Origin: Heptranchias perlo
Lineage: Eukaryota
NCBI RefSeq assembly: GCF_035084215.1
Contig: NC_090340.1
Coordinates: 42,284,001 to 42,348,000 of the forward strand
Reading direction: 5' to 3'
DNA length: 64,000 nt
Shown piece by piece: positions 61,558 through 64,000 of the stretch (positions within the stretch are counted from its first letter, which is position 1; every line of letters starts with the position of its first letter). The position numbers and the translations under genes are program-made. The notes beneath the pieces were generated by a model, which was not told the origin of the DNA, did no database searches, and saw only the letters and a list, made by a program, of their open reading frames with translations.

Positions 61558-64000
61558 ACCCACTATGTCTTTGCCGAGGGATTAATGAAATGTATGGGGG
61601 AATTTCTAACCAGTCAAGCATAAATATGTATCGTAGTTGTTCTGATGTTTAATCCAGATTCATACTGATGTGGCATCCCATAGTGATATATACAGGTCCC
61701 CATCAACTAGCAGTGATGTGTCATAAATGTGAACATAGCGTAGTGATGCATGTCACATATTCTACTGGCATTAAACTTTTGGACTGTTAACAGGTCAAGG
61801 ATGGAATTGCAGTATTTCAGCTGCTCCAGACTTGTCCTGATTCTGTCACGTCAACTAGACTTCAGCTGTAGTCTTTGGTCCTCAGAATCACACCCCTGCC
61901 AGTTTGCCGCCTTCATCAGCTGGGCAACCCAGGCAAATAACAACAAATGAAATAGTGATCAAAGCTCAGTTTACATAGCTGAAAGGGACAAAAATATATT
62001 TTTCTAGGGCTCTCAGTTATCAAAATGCACTGAAAAAGTAATCTCATTTGCAATTAAGTATTGGAAATAATGGTATGAATTTGCAGCCTTTTATATGCAA
62101 TCATCTTAATTTTAATGAATGACCTTCAGCATAATAATTATGGCACACAATGCACTGAATTATTGCAGTTTTAAGTATATTCATGTAAATGTTCATTAGT
62201 AGCACACATCCCTAATAATGCCCACCTCTCAGGATGACTAAATACAATCGCATTGCATTTCTGCTGTCAACTGCCATTTTATAAATGCAAACTGAGACAT
62301 AGATTAACAGTGAGGAAACATTTCACCAATTAAACAATCGTTGGATGTCATGATGGAATGCCACGTGAATTGAGAAGTATTGTGCTCTTTGCCTGCACTG
62401 AACTGATAAGTAAAGAGTCATAAATTTAGGGTAAGAGACAGCAGTGATATGAGGAAATATCGAGGGCTATTAGCTGCCTATAACCACAGCTGGATACATT
62501 AGAAATATTTGAATTTTAGTTCTTTTAGTTTCAATATGAGGCAAAATCAACTATTTCTTAGTTGTTAAATAATCTTGTTCCTGGATATTTGATTTCTTGG
62601 GAGAGGACAGAGACTTTATTTCAAAGCTTATATATTACTTCTGTGTTTTTTTTAATTAATGTTGTCATGGCATTTTCTTAAAGCACTCAGCACTGCCCAG
62701 TGTTTGTTTTCCAGAGACAGCAACTCAATGAAACACTGGGCACAGCAGGACTGAGGCATGCTGTATTTTCCTCACCCTGCATGTATAATTACAACTGCTC
62801 TGCCTGCCTCTCCCTGTCTGCTCGACCAATTCCCAGTCCTCTGCCTGCCTGCTCAACCATTTCCTGATCACCTGCCTGCCTCTGGCTTCCTGATTTCTGG
62901 TGATCAGACTCATCAAATACACAGTTGTCAGTTTTCCAAGCTGCACTTCCTAATCCAGGAGTACAGGCCTTATTGTATGTATGAAAGATGTTCTTTGGTA
63001 GTAGCTGAGTCAGTGATGCACTAAGATCAGCCAGTTTCTAATTTCACCCGCTCCGGCATCATAAATCAGCATGGCTCCCTGGAGGGAAAATTTGGTTCAG
63101 CTGATTCAATTGGCTACAAACGGGGACTAGCTGTGGGCTATTACTGGTAAGTTCCAGGAACCAGCCCTTCCCAATTCCTTTGTTATGATTGAGGCAGACT
63201 CACTGCCAGAACTTGCCAGCTGGTGACATTTGCAGCCTGTTCAATCAGCCGATTCAAATTTCACGTTCTAGGAAGCTGTGGTAATGGATGGGTGGCTTGC
63301 AGATCACGGAGGACTTGAAACAAATAACAACTAGCTGTAAAGTGCGAATGGGCCGAGACCGAACAAATTCCAGTAATGAACCAACACCAACCAAGGTAAA
63401 GGCAATTATTTCAGATTAGGATGCATTAACGTTGGGAGAGCAGTTACTGCATCTACTCCCCCACCCCAAGATGATACTTCTGGCTGCAGCTAATTTGCTT
63501 GTTGCCTCGATTAGACTGTTTCACAGATTACTGTTGCTCTAGTACTGAGACTTTAATATTAATAAATTAATGTGTTGAAGTTGTTGTCCAGCCATTGACC
63601 TGTAAATGCATTTGTTTATTCACTAACCACTTCTGAAATCAGGTGAAAGTTTAAAGTGCTGCGGGCAAACATGCAGCTTTTGCAGATCACGGCACAGCCT
63701 CTTGCAAACCTTCACCTCGTTTTTATTTTGGCTCTGTGTACAGACAGCAGCTAATACCAATGGCTGTCAAATTTGATTCTTCCTAAAACCTACTAACTAA
63801 CTCAAATTAACCAGTCTTCTACCCAGTGATGTGTGCTGGAGATATAAGGAATGTAGAGCACCATACCCCTCAGCTCGCAATTCATATAATAAGCCAAATG
63901 CTGGAGTGTATTTGTGAAGTATTCACTATAAGACTTGTTGCATGATGATTCATACTTAGTACTGCTCACAGAATCTGCAAGTCTCTGTTACCAACCAACG

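Noticed and set aside
6500-64000. Neighbouring genes expected from mammalian synteny (e.g. a TRH receptor or ZC3H18)
   Set aside because: No GPCR or CCCH-finger peptide in the ORF track. Small exons could have been missed.

Overview
Eukaryotic, repeat-rich vertebrate DNA, most likely from a cartilaginous fish (inferred from the CR1-dominated landscape and a Deu-domain SINE). The only host gene I can support is the 3' end of ZFPM1/FOG1 on +: a 144-bp exon at 198-341, the large terminal coding exon at 1502-3999, and a 3'UTR probably running to about 6.1-6.5 kb. The remaining ~57 kb is intergenic. It holds nested CR1-group and L2 LINEs, an internally deleted Harbinger transposon plus several Harbinger-like MITEs, a DeuSINE, three large minisatellites (37, 34 and 33 bp units) and a palindromic element carrying minimal hammerhead-ribozyme motifs. 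Four observations stand out. (1) This FOG1 carries two extra C2H2 fingers resembling FOG2 fingers, suggesting an ancestral composite architecture. (2) The 37/34-bp repeat locus has transposon pieces inserted repeatedly at about the same point in the unit. (3) A fold-back element has a hammerhead core on each strand. (4) A ~45-copy GATA-motif array caps a CR1 5' end. All family assignments come from recalled motifs and by-eye comparison; no database searches were run.
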